A stretch of DNA of 64,000 bases from Macrostomum lignano (lineage: Eukaryota). The stretch covers positions 1 through 64,000 of the forward strand of contig NIVC01000629.1 in NCBI GenBank assembly GCA_002269645.1. Reading direction: 5' to 3'. The notes under the pieces were generated by a model. That model was not told the DNA's origin. It made no database searches and worked only from the letters and a program-made list of their open reading frames with translations. The translations under genes and the position numbers were made by a program. This document shows positions 24,317 to 36,000 of the stretch, one piece after another (within the stretch, counting starts at the first letter, position 1; each line of letters starts with the position of its first letter).

Positions 24317-24994
24317 CTACGGGGCGATCCCCGTATGTCCAGCAGCTTTCGCAGCAGCTAAAACAAGTTTTCGCGGAGTTTTAAATCCTTCGCCAATCGC
24401 CGGTTTGTTATTTATAGAATCAACAATCCTTTTATACAAGCTGGTATTTTTAGCAGCCCGTACTCCTAACTCATCATAAAAATTTTTAGCACTTACTAAT
24501 TCATCCCTTGTATATAATTCAGGGTTAAATCTTACCCTAGGGTTCATAATAATATTATATGCTCCACCCAATTCTCTATATAGCTCATTTCGATTTTTAT
24601 CAACCCCACCAATTCGGTAATTATCATTACCTAAATCCATCACAGCAATACTTTGTGGTGCAGCTCTCGGATATTCATCAACTCCACCCCGCTCTGCGCG
24701 CCTAATCTCTGCAACTCTCAATAGTGCTTGATCAACATCATAAGCAGGCGGCTCATCCAAAATTTCATCCTCTTTTGGCTCCGTATTCTTAGCAATTTTT
24801 TCAAGAAGGTCTTTATCTGTTTTTTCTAGTTCACTAATTTTCCCCGTAATAGGATTAACAAAAGGCGCAGCAAATCTTTCGCCAGCTAGCTGCATTCCTA
24901 ACTTTCTTTTTTGTAAATTTCTAACAAAATCAGGATATCTTTGCTTCTCTTTATAAATCGCTAACTCTCCATCAACGTCCATAAATTGACTCAT
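24317..24994 (-). CDS. Conserved hypothetical viral protein
   Basis: Homologue in A at about 46974-47653, with a highly conserved C-terminus GFKTPRKLVLAAAKAAGHTG. Confidence 0.75.
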   Translation of the reverse strand: MSQFMDVDGELAIYKEKQRYPDFVRNLQKRKLGMQLAGERFAAPFVNPITGKISELEKTDKDLLEKIAKNTEPKEDEILDEPPAYDVDQALLRVAEIRRAERGGVDEYPRAAPQSIAVMDLGNDNYRIGGVDKNRNELYRELGGAYNIIMNPRVRFNPELYTRDELVSAKNFYDELGVRAAKNTSLYKRIVDSINNKPAIGEGFKTPRKLVLAAAKAAGHTGIAP

Positions 24995-25027
24995 TTTTTA
25001 ACATAAAAACTTTTTTAACTTAAAAAA

Positions 25028-26508
25028 ATGGCCGAAACAAAAACCATATGGAGTGATAAATTTCATTTTAAAAAGCATCGTCAGTATATTAATGAGATCA
25101 GGGCAAGAGATTTAAATTCTACCCAACCAACAAGTGATAATTCAAACAATTTTACTACGGGAACGGTAACTTTTGACATTGGGGCAACAGACAGCGTTTT
25201 AGATATGAAAAACGCGTTTTTCCGCGTTAGATGGTTGTATACCAGAAACGATGGAACTGCTCTTGCAGCCGGTGATATCGCAGATCGTTCTGGAATTATT
25301 ATAGAAAATGATTGGTTTTATAAATGTTTTTCCCAAGCCCAACTAACAGTTAATGGAGCCGAGGTTGAGACATCAACAAACCCAGCAGAGATTAATGGAG
25401 TTTTGAAACATTTAAATTATACTTATTTATCAAAACAAGTTGGCGATAGTGTTGGGTGGATGCCGGATAAGGGTAATGGACAAGCAGTAGTTTTCCCTAA
25501 TGTACAAAATGCAGCTGGCGCAGATACCGCAGCTCTTATAGCTTATCTTAATACAAATATAGTTCCAGTTGTAACTGCAATGACTAACACAAAAGATATT
25601 AACACTGGTTTTATAGATCGTCAGAAAAAATTCCCAGTCGCGGTTTTAACCACAGCAACCGCATATGAGCAGGACTTTTCAATATTCCCACTATTTGGGT
25701 TCTTCTCACCAAATCGGGTATGGAAAGGATTAAAATTTGGGGTACAGTTGCAAATATCTGGTGGATATCAGCCTAGGATACTTTATGGAACCTCGATTTC
25801 AACCGAAATAGCAGTTCGCATAGCATCAATTCAATTAGTCGTGCCAAAACTCGAGCTAACGGCACCGCTTTTAGAACACGTCAATAATCAGATAATGCTT
25901 GATCAAGAAATATTTTATTTGAATCGTCGACACTTTATGCGAACCATTAATAACAATCAGGATTCATTCCAGTGGCAAATAATGATATCAAAACGCCGGG
26001 TGAGATATATTTTTGTTTGGTTTAAGATAACAAATAGAAGGAGTAAAAGAGCAAACGGGGATTTATATTGGCTTCAATCAGAAGATGTAGCAGCTCATGC
26101 AGCCACCGCAACCGACAACGCGGTTTCAGCTATTTACGAGTTTAATGTCCAGAATATCCGCCTGCAGGTTGATGATCAATATTATCCGGTTAAAGACCCC
26201 TTAATCTAAACATAGCAAATAATAATGTTAATGATTTTATAAAATATTATCAGGATTATGTCAAAAATGAAGCGTGTGCTGTTCCTCAGTACACACCCAC
26301 AGAGTTTCTAAACATTCACCCAGTGGTTGTTTTTGATCTAACCGCACAGAAAGAAAATGTAGCCAATGTTGGTTTGAATTATCTGTTAGAGATTAATAAA
26401 ACCGGTAATCAGGCACTAGACGCCCACGTATTGTTTCTAGAGGAATATATGGCAATTGCTAAAGCAGATGGTACCGTTGTTCAGAATGCACCCATAGATA
26501 AAAATTAG
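25028..26508 (+). CDS. Major capsid protein (hexon-like), with one frameshift near 26197
   Basis: Size, beta-rich composition and position beside the ATPase and penton. Comparison with A shows a 1-nt deletion at KDPL/NLNI. Confidence 0.8.
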
Positions 26509-26527
26509 TTAAATTATATCCTTAAAA

Positions 26528-27290
26528 ATGGTAAAAGCAAAACACAATCCAATATTTCCAAACGATCCTTTTCTTTGTTTAGTAATTGGTGGGTCTGGTA
26601 AAGGAAAAACACACTTTGTTTATGACCTGTTAACAACCGATGGAATGTTAGACTATAATAATTTATTAATATATACTAACAAACCTAGAATAAAATATTA
26701 TGAATTTCTTAAACATGGATTAAAAAACAAATTAAAAAAAGATATCTTGTTTAGAATGTTAAGAGCATATGAGAAATATGAGGATGATGACGAACCTCGA
26801 TTTAACCTAGCAGACATTGAGGATTTATGTAAAAAAAACGGCAGAAGATCCAGAAAATATAGACAACAATTATCCAACTGTTAAAATATCAACCCGATTA
26901 TCCTATGATCAAATTCCAAAACATGATAAAACACTAATTATTTTTGATGATTGTATTAATGACGGAGATCAAGAATTGCAAAAGGAAATTTTTGTTAGTG
27001 GCAGAGGAGATGGAATTGGAGCTTTTTATCTTACTCAATCCTTTAGAGAATTAGAATCGATTGTAAAAAAGAATGCTAGCTGTTGTGTAATGTTTGATTT
27101 AGATAACTATGATCTACAAAATATACACGCGAGATTTAATCCAGGGTTGGATACAAAACCATTTAAAAGTATGTGTAAAAAAATTTGGGATGATAGTCAA
27201 TACAAACACATATATATCAACCCTAGGTTAGAAAGAAAAAATCGAATCTTAACAAATTTGATAAAAGAAGATAATGAGGACGAGGATTAA
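26528..27290 (+). CDS. A32/FtsK-like packaging ATPase, frameshifted at a poly-A run near 26835
   Basis: Walker A GGSGKGKT, Walker B LIIFDD, then GRG...YLTQS. Confidence 0.9.
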
Positions 27291-27425
27291 AGCTCGAACC
27301 TTTGGTTCGCGTGCCTGTTGCACGTTTCACACTATAAAAATGGCAACAAATTTAGACACTATAAAATAATTGGTACGCTCGTAGATCGAACTAATTCAAA
27401 GTTTAGTACAACCTTACAGTTTATA

Positions 27426-28133
27426 ATGACAACCAGCGAGCAACTGATTCAATTGCGCGATCCGTTACAACTCGATCAAAGTCTAAGTTATCAAATTGGT
27501 TTGATACTATTTTCGGTTTTTAACATGCCTCAATTAATTAATGCAACAAATAATCAATTTAGATATTCTAAAGATTCAGGAGTCAATTGGACAACATTTA
27601 GCGTTAACCCAGGGGCATATAGCTATACCGATTTGAATGCTTATATAGAAGGTGAATTAACAGCTAATGGTGATTGGGTATCAGGCGCGATTGTTATAGG
27701 TGTTGATTTACCATCGGGAAGATTCAACCTATCACTAGGATCTGGATATCAGGTTGATTTCACAATTGCAAATTCACTCAGAACCATACTTGGATTTAAT
27801 TCCCGAATCGTTACCACATCAAGCACCGGTGATACGGTGGGAAACATTGAGGGTGGAGTCAATACAATTAATATAACAACCGACATATCAAACGGCGGTT
27901 ATATAACAGATGATAATGGAGTTTTGGTTCAACGTGGAATCATTTATTCAATCCCGTTTCTTGCTGTTCCAATTGGAGAGAAAATGATTGTTTCACCCCA
28001 AACTCCAATATATTATCCTTTAAATCAATATAGCGTTCAATCAATTTATATTAGGATCGTAGATGAAAGCGATAGGTTAATAAGTTTTGGCGGACAATCA
28101 ATAACAGTAATTTTACGTATTAAACAGATTTAA
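27426..28133 (+). CDS. Minor capsid protein (penton-like)
   Basis: PGAYS..DLN, LRTILGF, INITTDI and SIYIRIVDE motifs typical of Polinton pentons. Start codon uncertain. Confidence 0.8.
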   Translation: MTTSEQLIQLRDPLQLDQSLSYQIGLILFSVFNMPQLINATNNQFRYSKDSGVNWTTFSVNPGAYSYTDLNAYIEGELTANGDWVSGAIVIGVDLPSGRFNLSLGSGYQVDFTIANSLRTILGFNSRIVTTSSTGDTVGNIEGGVNTINITTDISNGGYITDDNGVLVQRGIIYSIPFLAVPIGEKMIVSPQTPIYYPLNQYSVQSIYIRIVDESDRLISFGGQSITVILRIKQI

Positions 28134-28143
28134 TATAGTAAAA

Positions 28144-28312
28144 ATGGGTAATAATATAAAAAAACAAACGGAAAAAGTTAAAAAAGCTGAAGATAATTAT
28201 GAACTAGAACTAACGAAATTGAAACATTTTACAAGCGGAAAAAATCAGAAAGGAGCTGTTAAAACCCGCGGCTACGAAACTAACTAAAACCAAGAGTTTT
28301 TCAGGAACATAA
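28144..28312 (+). pseudogene. Small basic protein (MGNNI...KLTKTKSFS), frameshifted
   Basis: A homologue lies in the same position in A (about 43680-43855, minus). Confidence 0.45.
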
Positions 28313-28313
28313 A

Positions 28314-28790
28314 ATGGCACCGAGCAAAGCTCGCGACCCTACGGGGCGATTAACGTGGGGCGAGTTCAAACAAAGATATGGAACCGACACAACAAGCAAT
28401 ATCGAATTAACAAATTGGGCGAGACAATTAAAGATAAAACCATTTAGATGCGTGATGCGGGATGAGATCAAAGACTTACCACAATATGGATCATTCATTG
28501 TTAATATAGAAACAACAAAAGAAAATGGGGTTCATTGGTCGGCAGTTTATTCAAAACCCAAACTTGTTTATTTTTTTGATTCATACGCACTTCCTCCGTT
28601 ACAGGAAATAAAAGACAAATTTAACCATACTAAAAATCGTTTATGTGGAGACCACCACGAACAGTTTCAAACCTTTGACAAAAGTTATTGCGGACAAGCG
28701 GCGTTATTTTTTTTATATAAAGTTAACAAATCTAAGGAAAGACCCGAAGACTTTAAGATTATCATACAAAGTATGCGACCTGAGGTCTGA
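28314..28790 (+). CDS. Adenain-like cysteine protease
   Basis: GVHWSAVY, YFFDSY and QTFDKSYCGQ (His/Asp/Gln/Cys catalytic motifs). Confidence 0.9.
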   Translation: MAPSKARDPTGRLTWGEFKQRYGTDTTSNIELTNWARQLKIKPFRCVMRDEIKDLPQYGSFIVNIETTKENGVHWSAVYSKPKLVYFFDSYALPPLQEIKDKFNHTKNRLCGDHHEQFQTFDKSYCGQAALFFLYKVNKSKERPEDFKIIIQSMRPEV

Positions 28791-28820
28791 TTTTAGACTC
28801 TATAAAATAGACAGTAAAAA

Positions 28821-30866
28821 ATGTTATTTTCTGGAACACCCTCATGGAACGGAACAACAAGTAGTGGTGGTGGTGGCACATCTGGTGGCATCAGTGTTAC
28901 ATTCGGAGATAACCGATATATTAATGAGGATGAAGGTTATAAAAAAACTGAAATTGATAATAAACTAAATTTAAAAAGAAACGTTGCAGATTCCTATACC
29001 AAAACTCAAATCGATGATTCATTAAATTTAAAACGGAATGTTGCAGATTCCTATACCAAAACCGAAATCGACACATCATTAAATTTAAAACGCAATACAG
29101 CCGATTCCTATACCAAAACCGAAGTTGATAATTCATTAAATTTGAAACGGAACGTAGCCGATTCATATACAAAAACAGAGGTTGATAATTCATTAAATTT
29201 GAAACGGAACGTCGCCGATTCATATACAAAAACAGAGGTTGACACTGGGTTAAATTTAAAAAGAGATATAACTGATTCTTATTCTCGAACTGATTCTGAT
29301 TCACGTTATGTTCAAACCACCGCAACCGGAACCTTAGATATGGATAACAACCGAATTATAAATGTTTCAATTACAACGAATAACTCGGTGGTTGATAAGA
29401 ACTATGTCGATAATCAGGTTGCTAGTCGTAATGGTAATATTAATATGAATAATTTTAAATTAACAAATTTATTATTAGGATCAGAGGACGCAGACTCGGT
29501 AACTCTAGGCCGAGTAAACGAGCGAGCTAATGCAACAGACGCCGATATTTTTGCCACACCGCTTACATCAAATACTTCAAATCCTGATGTTGTTCTTACA
29601 GCATCTGAAAATACCAACAATGCTTTTCGAGTTGGAGATGGAAGCCTTGCGACACAATGGTCACCAAATACCGGAACCACAACCAATATGGAAATTCAAT
29701 TTGAATTTTTAGGTTATAATCGAAGAATAAATGAATTAAGAATTACAGGCAGCGCAACAATTGAAATACCCTCAGGGTGGTCGGTGCACGCAAAAAATAC
29801 TGCTGGCGACGCATGGACGGTATTAGGAACGTCGGGATCACCAATTCAAGCAACTTCATTTGCGTTATCTAATTTAACGACTAATTTTTGGAAATATTAT
29901 AGTGTTTTCTTCCCAACTGGTGGTACCGTTACACAGCCTATCGAAGTTCGCCTAATACAATTATTTGAACACCGAGTTGAAATTCAGGATCTTAATTGGC
30001 CAAATCAAATACTTTCTGCGACCCCGCGAGCGTACGTAGATCAGCTAGCAACCCCAACTTCAAATGGCAGAATGTCTGCCAGTGATAAAAATAAATTGGA
30101 TAAAATTCCCGCGATTGATGCTGCATTATTCGAGCCAGTAATTTGTAATTGGACTGGATATCAAAATCCAACAACCGCCGGAGATATATATCCAGTTGGT
30201 TCTTTAATTGGTGACGCTTCTTATATCGATTATCAAAATGGTGCTAGACTTACTCGTGAAACTGGTGGAGTCAGTGGGGCATTGCAATTTAATTTCACAC
30301 ATTTTCAAAATATATCAGCGTCTTTCTTTTTCAGAGTTGCCAATGCTGGAGGAACTGGAGCAGATGCCGTTTGGTTTTATGCATATTGTCACGAACGACC
30401 AACAACCGAAAGTGGGGCAGGTTTAGCAACAGACGCCGGATTGATAGTTTTTGCAAGTGAGTGGCATGATAAATTTGGCCTACTTTGGAGTTCTAAAAAA
30501 TCAGACGGATCGACCCGCGCGGATGTTAATACTGCCGCGGATCAAACGGTAGACTATGCAAATATTGATAATGGCGATTGGCATTTATTTGAAATTAATA
30601 TTTTAAATCAAAGGGTTTGGCATCGATTACAATCATACAATGTTTCGGGTGATTCTTATACCCTCATTGGGCAAAATGTTTTTACTTATGATAGTGGAAC
30701 TTGGGGAACTTTAGATAAATCTGGAACTCTTATGGGTTTTGGTGCTCGAACTGGTGGAGCGGATGCTGCACATTTTATTCGTGGTGCGGTTGTATGTGGT
30801 AGTACATCGTTTGGTTATGTTTTTCCCTCTACTGTTTATTTGGAAAAACCACCTACACAAATATAG
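28821..30866 (+). CDS. Fiber-like protein: 19-aa YTKTEVDNSLNLKRNVADS repeats, a discoidin-like domain and an L-type-lectin-like C-terminal domain
   Basis: Six full repeats, then ASENTNNAFRVGDG..TQW, RLT...SGAL...F.F...GADAVWF and GFGARTGG..H.I motifs. Confidence 0.75.
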   Translation: MLFSGTPSWNGTTSSGGGGTSGGISVTFGDNRYINEDEGYKKTEIDNKLNLKRNVADSYTKTQIDDSLNLKRNVADSYTKTEIDTSLNLKRNTADSYTKTEVDNSLNLKRNVADSYTKTEVDNSLNLKRNVADSYTKTEVDTGLNLKRDITDSYSRTDSDSRYVQTTATGTLDMDNNRIINVSITTNNSVVDKNYVDNQVASRNGNINMNNFKLTNLLLGSEDADSVTLGRVNERANATDADIFATPLTSNTSNPDVVLTASENTNNAFRVGDGSLATQWSPNTGTTTNMEIQFEFLGYNRRINELRITGSATIEIPSGWSVHAKNTAGDAWTVLGTSGSPIQATSFALSNLTTNFWKYYSVFFPTGGTVTQPIEVRLIQLFEHRVEIQDLNWPNQILSATPRAYVDQLATPTSNGRMSASDKNKLDKIPAIDAALFEPVICNWTGYQNPTTAGDIYPVGSLIGDASYIDYQNGARLTRETGGVSGALQFNFTHFQNISASFFFRVANAGGTGADAVWFYAYCHERPTTESGAGLATDAGLIVFASEWHDKFGLLWSSKKSDGSTRADVNTAADQTVDYANIDNGDWHLFEINILNQRVWHRLQSYNVSGDSYTLIGQNVFTYDSGTWGTLDKSGTLMGFGARTGGADAAHFIRGAVVCGSTSFGYVFPSTVYLEKPPTQI

Positions 30867-30950
30867 GGTGAGGACTTCGTCCGCGTTCCTAAGGAACGAT
30901 CGCCCCGTAGGGTCGCGTGCAAAGTACGATTTAAAATATTTCTATATAAA

Positions 30951-31277
30951 ATGGCTTTTAGTAGAACCCCATCGATGCGACAAAATAATGTTATTATTCC
31001 TATTCCTAAACAAGAATCAAATATAAAAACATTCAAATCTCATACCAAATTTTTATTTAGCAATGTAAATGTTCAGGATAACAAGAAACTTCAAGAATTA
31101 ATTAAACTATTAAAAAATCATATTATACTTCAAGAGTTTTGGAAAACCGGATTTAAATGGGAGAAAAAAGAAAGAATAACTCCAATACAATACTTATTAA
31201 GCTCAGGACAAATCCCCAAAGAGCGCGGGGAATTCATTTTGGTGCTATTAAAAATAGACGAAAATGTCAGTGTCTGA
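30951..31277 (+). CDS. Hypothetical viral protein
   Basis: AAAATG start and a 108-aa open frame. Confidence 0.5.
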   Translation: MAFSRTPSMRQNNVIIPIPKQESNIKTFKSHTKFLFSNVNVQDNKKLQELIKLLKNHIILQEFWKTGFKWEKKERITPIQYLLSSGQIPKERGEFILVLLKIDENVSV

Positions 31278-31521
31278 GGCAGATAAAAGGGAACGTGACC
31301 ATTTTAACCAACGTAAGGGTCACATGTTAAGTAATGTTGATCGTATTAATTATGATTATGATTTATATGCTAAAAAAGTAAGAAGGGTTTCAAACCATAT
31401 CAGAAATATGGATTTTTTCAATATTGGATTTGGAAGCTTATCAATGTTATGTGTAATTGTTTTATTCATACATATTCATACATTACCAGCTTTGCAAAAT
31501 CTAAAACAGCCATTCCAATAA
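31264..31521 (+). CDS. Hypothetical protein with TM segment, probably 3'-truncated against pPolB
   Basis: AAAATG start. The C-terminus overlaps antisense pPolB. Confidence 0.4.
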   Translation: MSVSEADKRERDHFNQRKGHMLSNVDRINYDYDLYAKKVRRVSNHIRNMDFFNIGFGSLSMLCVIVLFIHIHTLPALQNLKQPFQ

Positions 31522-32899
31522 AGATTGGTTTAAGAAACTTTGTTGTTTTATTGCGCATATGAATTCCCATAAACTCATCATCAAATTTTATAAAGTCTTT
31601 AAAGTTTGGTTTAGAAAAATATTTCTTTGCTTTATCAATATCCTTTTCTAAATGGAATTGGGTTCTATCTCTAATATTTTCAACCGTTTTTCCATAAAAA
31701 GCATTGTTCATTAATTTCCAGTTATCTTTCTCAAAATTTGTTTTTGACATCTGTCTCTGATTTGAATTAAAGTCAATATATTTAGCTAACCACTCTTCCT
31801 CAATAAACGATATTGTTCGATGTACTTTTGTAACTTTTAGTCCCTGCTTTTCATAAAATTGTAGAAGCTTATAATGCACTACATAGTTTTTCTTATCATG
31901 TAAATTTAGTATTAACTTTTTTGTTGCTAGATGTTTTGCATTATCCGCTTTGAGGTAATCTTTTTGTGTTTGTGATAAATCATCTTCATTAACTGAACAA
32001 TGCTCTGGAGCTAGAGGATATTTATATGTTTTTGCTTTTGCTTCCCGAGTATATTGCAAATCCACTTCTAAGATACATCCCCTTCCTTCAGGAATGTTTT
32101 TATAGTAATCTGGATCGTCTTCCCATTGGAAATCGGCAATTGGTAATTTTTGTTTCATACAACCGCCGTATAAATTGTTTGCATCTAGATATAATACATA
32201 TGATGATTTTTCTTTTTTATTATAATTTGGAAGATACTTATTATTTACTTTAGTATATCTATCTCCTAGTACCCCTGAGAATCCGCCACGAATTCCTCTC
32301 TCAATCATTAACAACATATCATGATCTGTTAGTAAATCAATTTTAACATCTGTATGTTTCAATCCACACGCCCATGTTAATCCCGGCGCGCTGAAACAAT
32401 ATGCGGGATCGATTTCGAAATTCTCATATGTATGATTTCTAAAGTTTTCAAACGCATCAGCTAGCAGGAGAACATCTGCTTTAAGATAAAGGTTATGATA
32501 ATCTTATAATGTTTTGCAATTAAAATATTTCCATACTTTTTGAGCATGTTCATAATCCGATTCGGTTATATTTGATTGTGATAGTATTGAGTAAAACTTT
32601 TCAATTGGGGGTAGTTGAGTATCATTAAATACCTTTTCAGATGTTACATATTCATATGGGTAGATGCCCTTGCGAGTTAATAGCATTAGTTCTTCCTCGG
32701 ATAGTTTTTCCTTTTTGAAACACTTCAATAGGATTGGAAAGTTTTTCTTTACTATTTCTAAATCCCATGGTTTTGGAACTAATGATGAAACAACATTCGC
32801 TAATGATGTTGATAAGAATCTCAAGGAGTCTAGAAAAACTAGATGGGAATATTTTTTCCATATGTTATTGATATGTAATTTTCTGATGTTTTAGGTAAT

Positions 32900-33019
32900 A
32901 TATTTACTTATATTTACTTATATTTACTTAGAGCCACTTATATTTACAGAGCCACTTATATTTACAGAGCCACTTATATTTACAGAGCCACTTATATTTA
33001 CAGAGCCACTTATATTTAC
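32900..33019 (+). repeat. Tandem repeats at the LINE 5' junction
   Basis: 3x ATATTTACTT (32900-29) followed by 5x AGAGCCACTTATATTTAC (32930-33019). Confidence 0.9.
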
Positions 33020-36000
33020 ACTGATGTGCAAGTATAATGCTGACGCCTCCTGGTGACGCAGCAGCAGCACCTGCATCAGACTGCGCTCTCCTCGGTCGGC
33101 TCGGTGAGCCGCGCCCCCCGGCTGCGGCTGCAAAAGTCAGCACCAAAGTGAGACGGGGCAAGCGGAGCGTTCGGCGTCGGATTGAGAGGCGTCGTGAACG
33201 GAATCGCAGAGGCCGGCTGCGCGGATCCAACATGCGCCGCCAGCCCACCCCGTCCACTGAGGATTTGGATCTGCCGGGTGGCGCCGGAGACCATGAGGCC
33301 CAATGTCAGCGGGCCCCAGCCGTACCAAACTGCACGCTTAGATTGGCAACCTTCAACTGCCGCACTCTGAAGGCAACCTGGCGAAGAGGATTGGTTGCCC
33401 AACTCGCCCAAGATCTGCGTTTGGACATCCTGATGTTGCAAGAGCATTCCATCGTCAGCGGACCCAACTTGCAAGTGGAAGACCTTGGTGGCGGCTGGAC
33501 ACTGTTCTACACCTCCGCGGACAAGAAAGGACGTGGCGGGGTCGGTGCCCTTGTAAACCCTCGGCTGCGACAAAGCGTGCGCTGTCTCCCCCTGAGCCCC
33601 CGACTGATGCGGGTTGACATTCGCCTACGTAACCGCAACGCGCGCCTCTTCTGCGCGTACGCGCCGACAGCTGCCCACCCAGAAGAAGCTGGCAGGTTCT
33701 ACGATCTCCTGTCGGCTCAACTAGAAACCATCGCGCAGCGAGACACTCTGGTGGTGCTTGGCGATCTGAATGCGGTGATGCGTCGATCCGCTAGCGCCCC
33801 TTATGTGACTTCACGCGAGAATCCAAACACTGATGCGCTGGTGAGTCTGACAGAGCAGCACGATCTGGTGTCCGCAAATACCACCTTCCGCAAACCTGCC
33901 AGCCGGCTCGCGACCTTTACCGGCTGTAAACGGAGAAGGCGAAATGCAACCGGCCGTAACGCGACTTGCAGGCTAGCGCAGTTAGACCACGTGCTACTGC
34001 GCACTCGCGAACGCCGCCGAGCATTGAATTGCGACACCGTCAGACCACTGGCCGTGGGGTCAGACCATAAGTTGCTGTTCTGTGACTTGCGTCTCCGTGA
34101 CCCCCTGTACCGACCACCGAAGAAAAGACCGAGGCGTTTCTTTAGAGCACTGCGGAACCCAGCAACTAGGAACCGCTTCTCTCGCGCCTTCTCCACCGCG
34201 CTGGGCGACACCCACAACGCTCAGTATGGTGACATATGCGACGCAATCCACACCGCGGCGGAAAGCACGCTACCACTCGTGCGTCCACCGCAGCGCTCAC
34301 AACCAGTGTGGATGAGCGACCCAGCGATCAGAGAGGCCCAAGATCGAGTGCAGCGACTCAGGAGGAGCAGGCACACAACAGACGAGGCGGAAAAGGCCCT
34401 CGCCATTGTCTACAAAGAGCAGCAGCTGGCTGCCGTGAGCGAGGCCATCCGCGCCGTCACCTCCGCCGCCCCGGACAGGAAAAGCGGCACCGTGTGGACT
34501 GCCATCAACACCCTCACTGGCAGGAAGCAACGCACGGCGCTCAACCTGGTTGGGGACACGCCGGATGAGCGCAAGAACAGCCTGCGGGACTTTTTCGCTA
34601 GCATAGTGAATGCGCCACCACCTGCGCTCCCTGATGTGCTGGCGCTGCCCCCTGACACGCCACTGCCGCCTCCGCATCATTTCTGTACCGGCCATGTGAC
34701 CGCAATCGATGTTTGTCAGCTCGCCAAGAAGATCCCAGGCGGCAAGGCAACGGGTCCCGACGAAGTTCCCAACGAGGTGCTCAGACTGCCCAAGGTCGCC
34801 CAGGAGATCGCCAGGGTGATCAACAACGTTCTCGATACTGGCGTCGCACCTCTGGAGTGGACCCGAGCACATATCGTCGGAATCCCCAAGAAGCCGGGCA
34901 CCAACAAGATTGAAGAACATCGGGGCATCTCCCTGATGTCGTGTGCCGCCAAGCTGCACAACAAGCTGCTACTGTCGCGCTTGCAGCCAGTGCTGGACCC
35001 TTACCTGCGGTACGAGCAGAATGGGTTCCGGCCACGACGTGGTACAGTCACGCAAATTCTGGCGCTCCGGAGAATTATCGAGGAATCGCGCATTCGCCAG
35101 TCGGACCTTTTCTGTCTGTTCATCGACTTCCTGAAGGCTTTCGACTCGGTGGCTCGAGGCGTGATTCCACTAGTTCTCCGAGCCTACAACGTGCCAGAGA
35201 AACTGATTGCAGCAGTGATGGCGCTCTACCACGACACGCACGCTGCTGTGATCACACCTGACGGCCTTTCCGACTTCTTCACCACCTCATCCGGAGTCCT
35301 GCAAGGAGACACCCTCGCTCCCTTCCTGTTCATCCTCATCTTGGACTGGGTGCTGCGGACAGGACTACCGGACAACTCGGACGGCTACATCCTTTGCAGG
35401 CGAACGAGCAGCCGGCACCCGGAGAAGCGGCTGGCAGTCCTCGGATATGCTGATGACCTCGCCCTGCTGGCATCCACTGCTGCTGGTGCTCAACGCCTCC
35501 TCGACGGCCTAGCTGCTGCCGCTGCGAAGGTTGGCCTTAAGATCAACGCCAAGAAGACGGAGGTCCTGACTGTGCCAGCCGATCTGCCAGCGGTCATCCG
35601 CCTTCCCAGCATGGACAGCGCAACGGCAGCACCGCTCCCCCGATGTGAGCAGTTCCGGTACCTTGGTGGTCTCGTGCCCAGCGTCCAGGAGGACCTGCGG
35701 CGTCGCAGAGGGCTTGCGTGGGCGGCTTTCCGCTCAGTGCGCATCGTGCTCCAAAGCGACGCCCTGCCAGACCAGCTGAGAACCAGACTGTTCCAGGCGG
35801 TGGTGGAAACGGTGCTCTTCTACAACGCCGAGACCTGGACCATGACGGATGTGCTGGAGCGCCAGCTGGACGCGGCGCACTCCAGCCTGCTGCGCGCTGC
35901 CTTCAGCGTGCACCGTCACGCCGAACACGTCACCAACCAGGCTCTCTACCAGCGGGCCAAGCTGAGCCCTCCCAGCGTGACCCTGCGACAGCGCCGCCTG

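Noticed and set aside
31255-31280. SDTDIFV on the minus strand as pPolB motif C
   Set aside because: It is not contiguous with pPolB, lacks the Y and S, and is antisense to ORFs with good start contexts.
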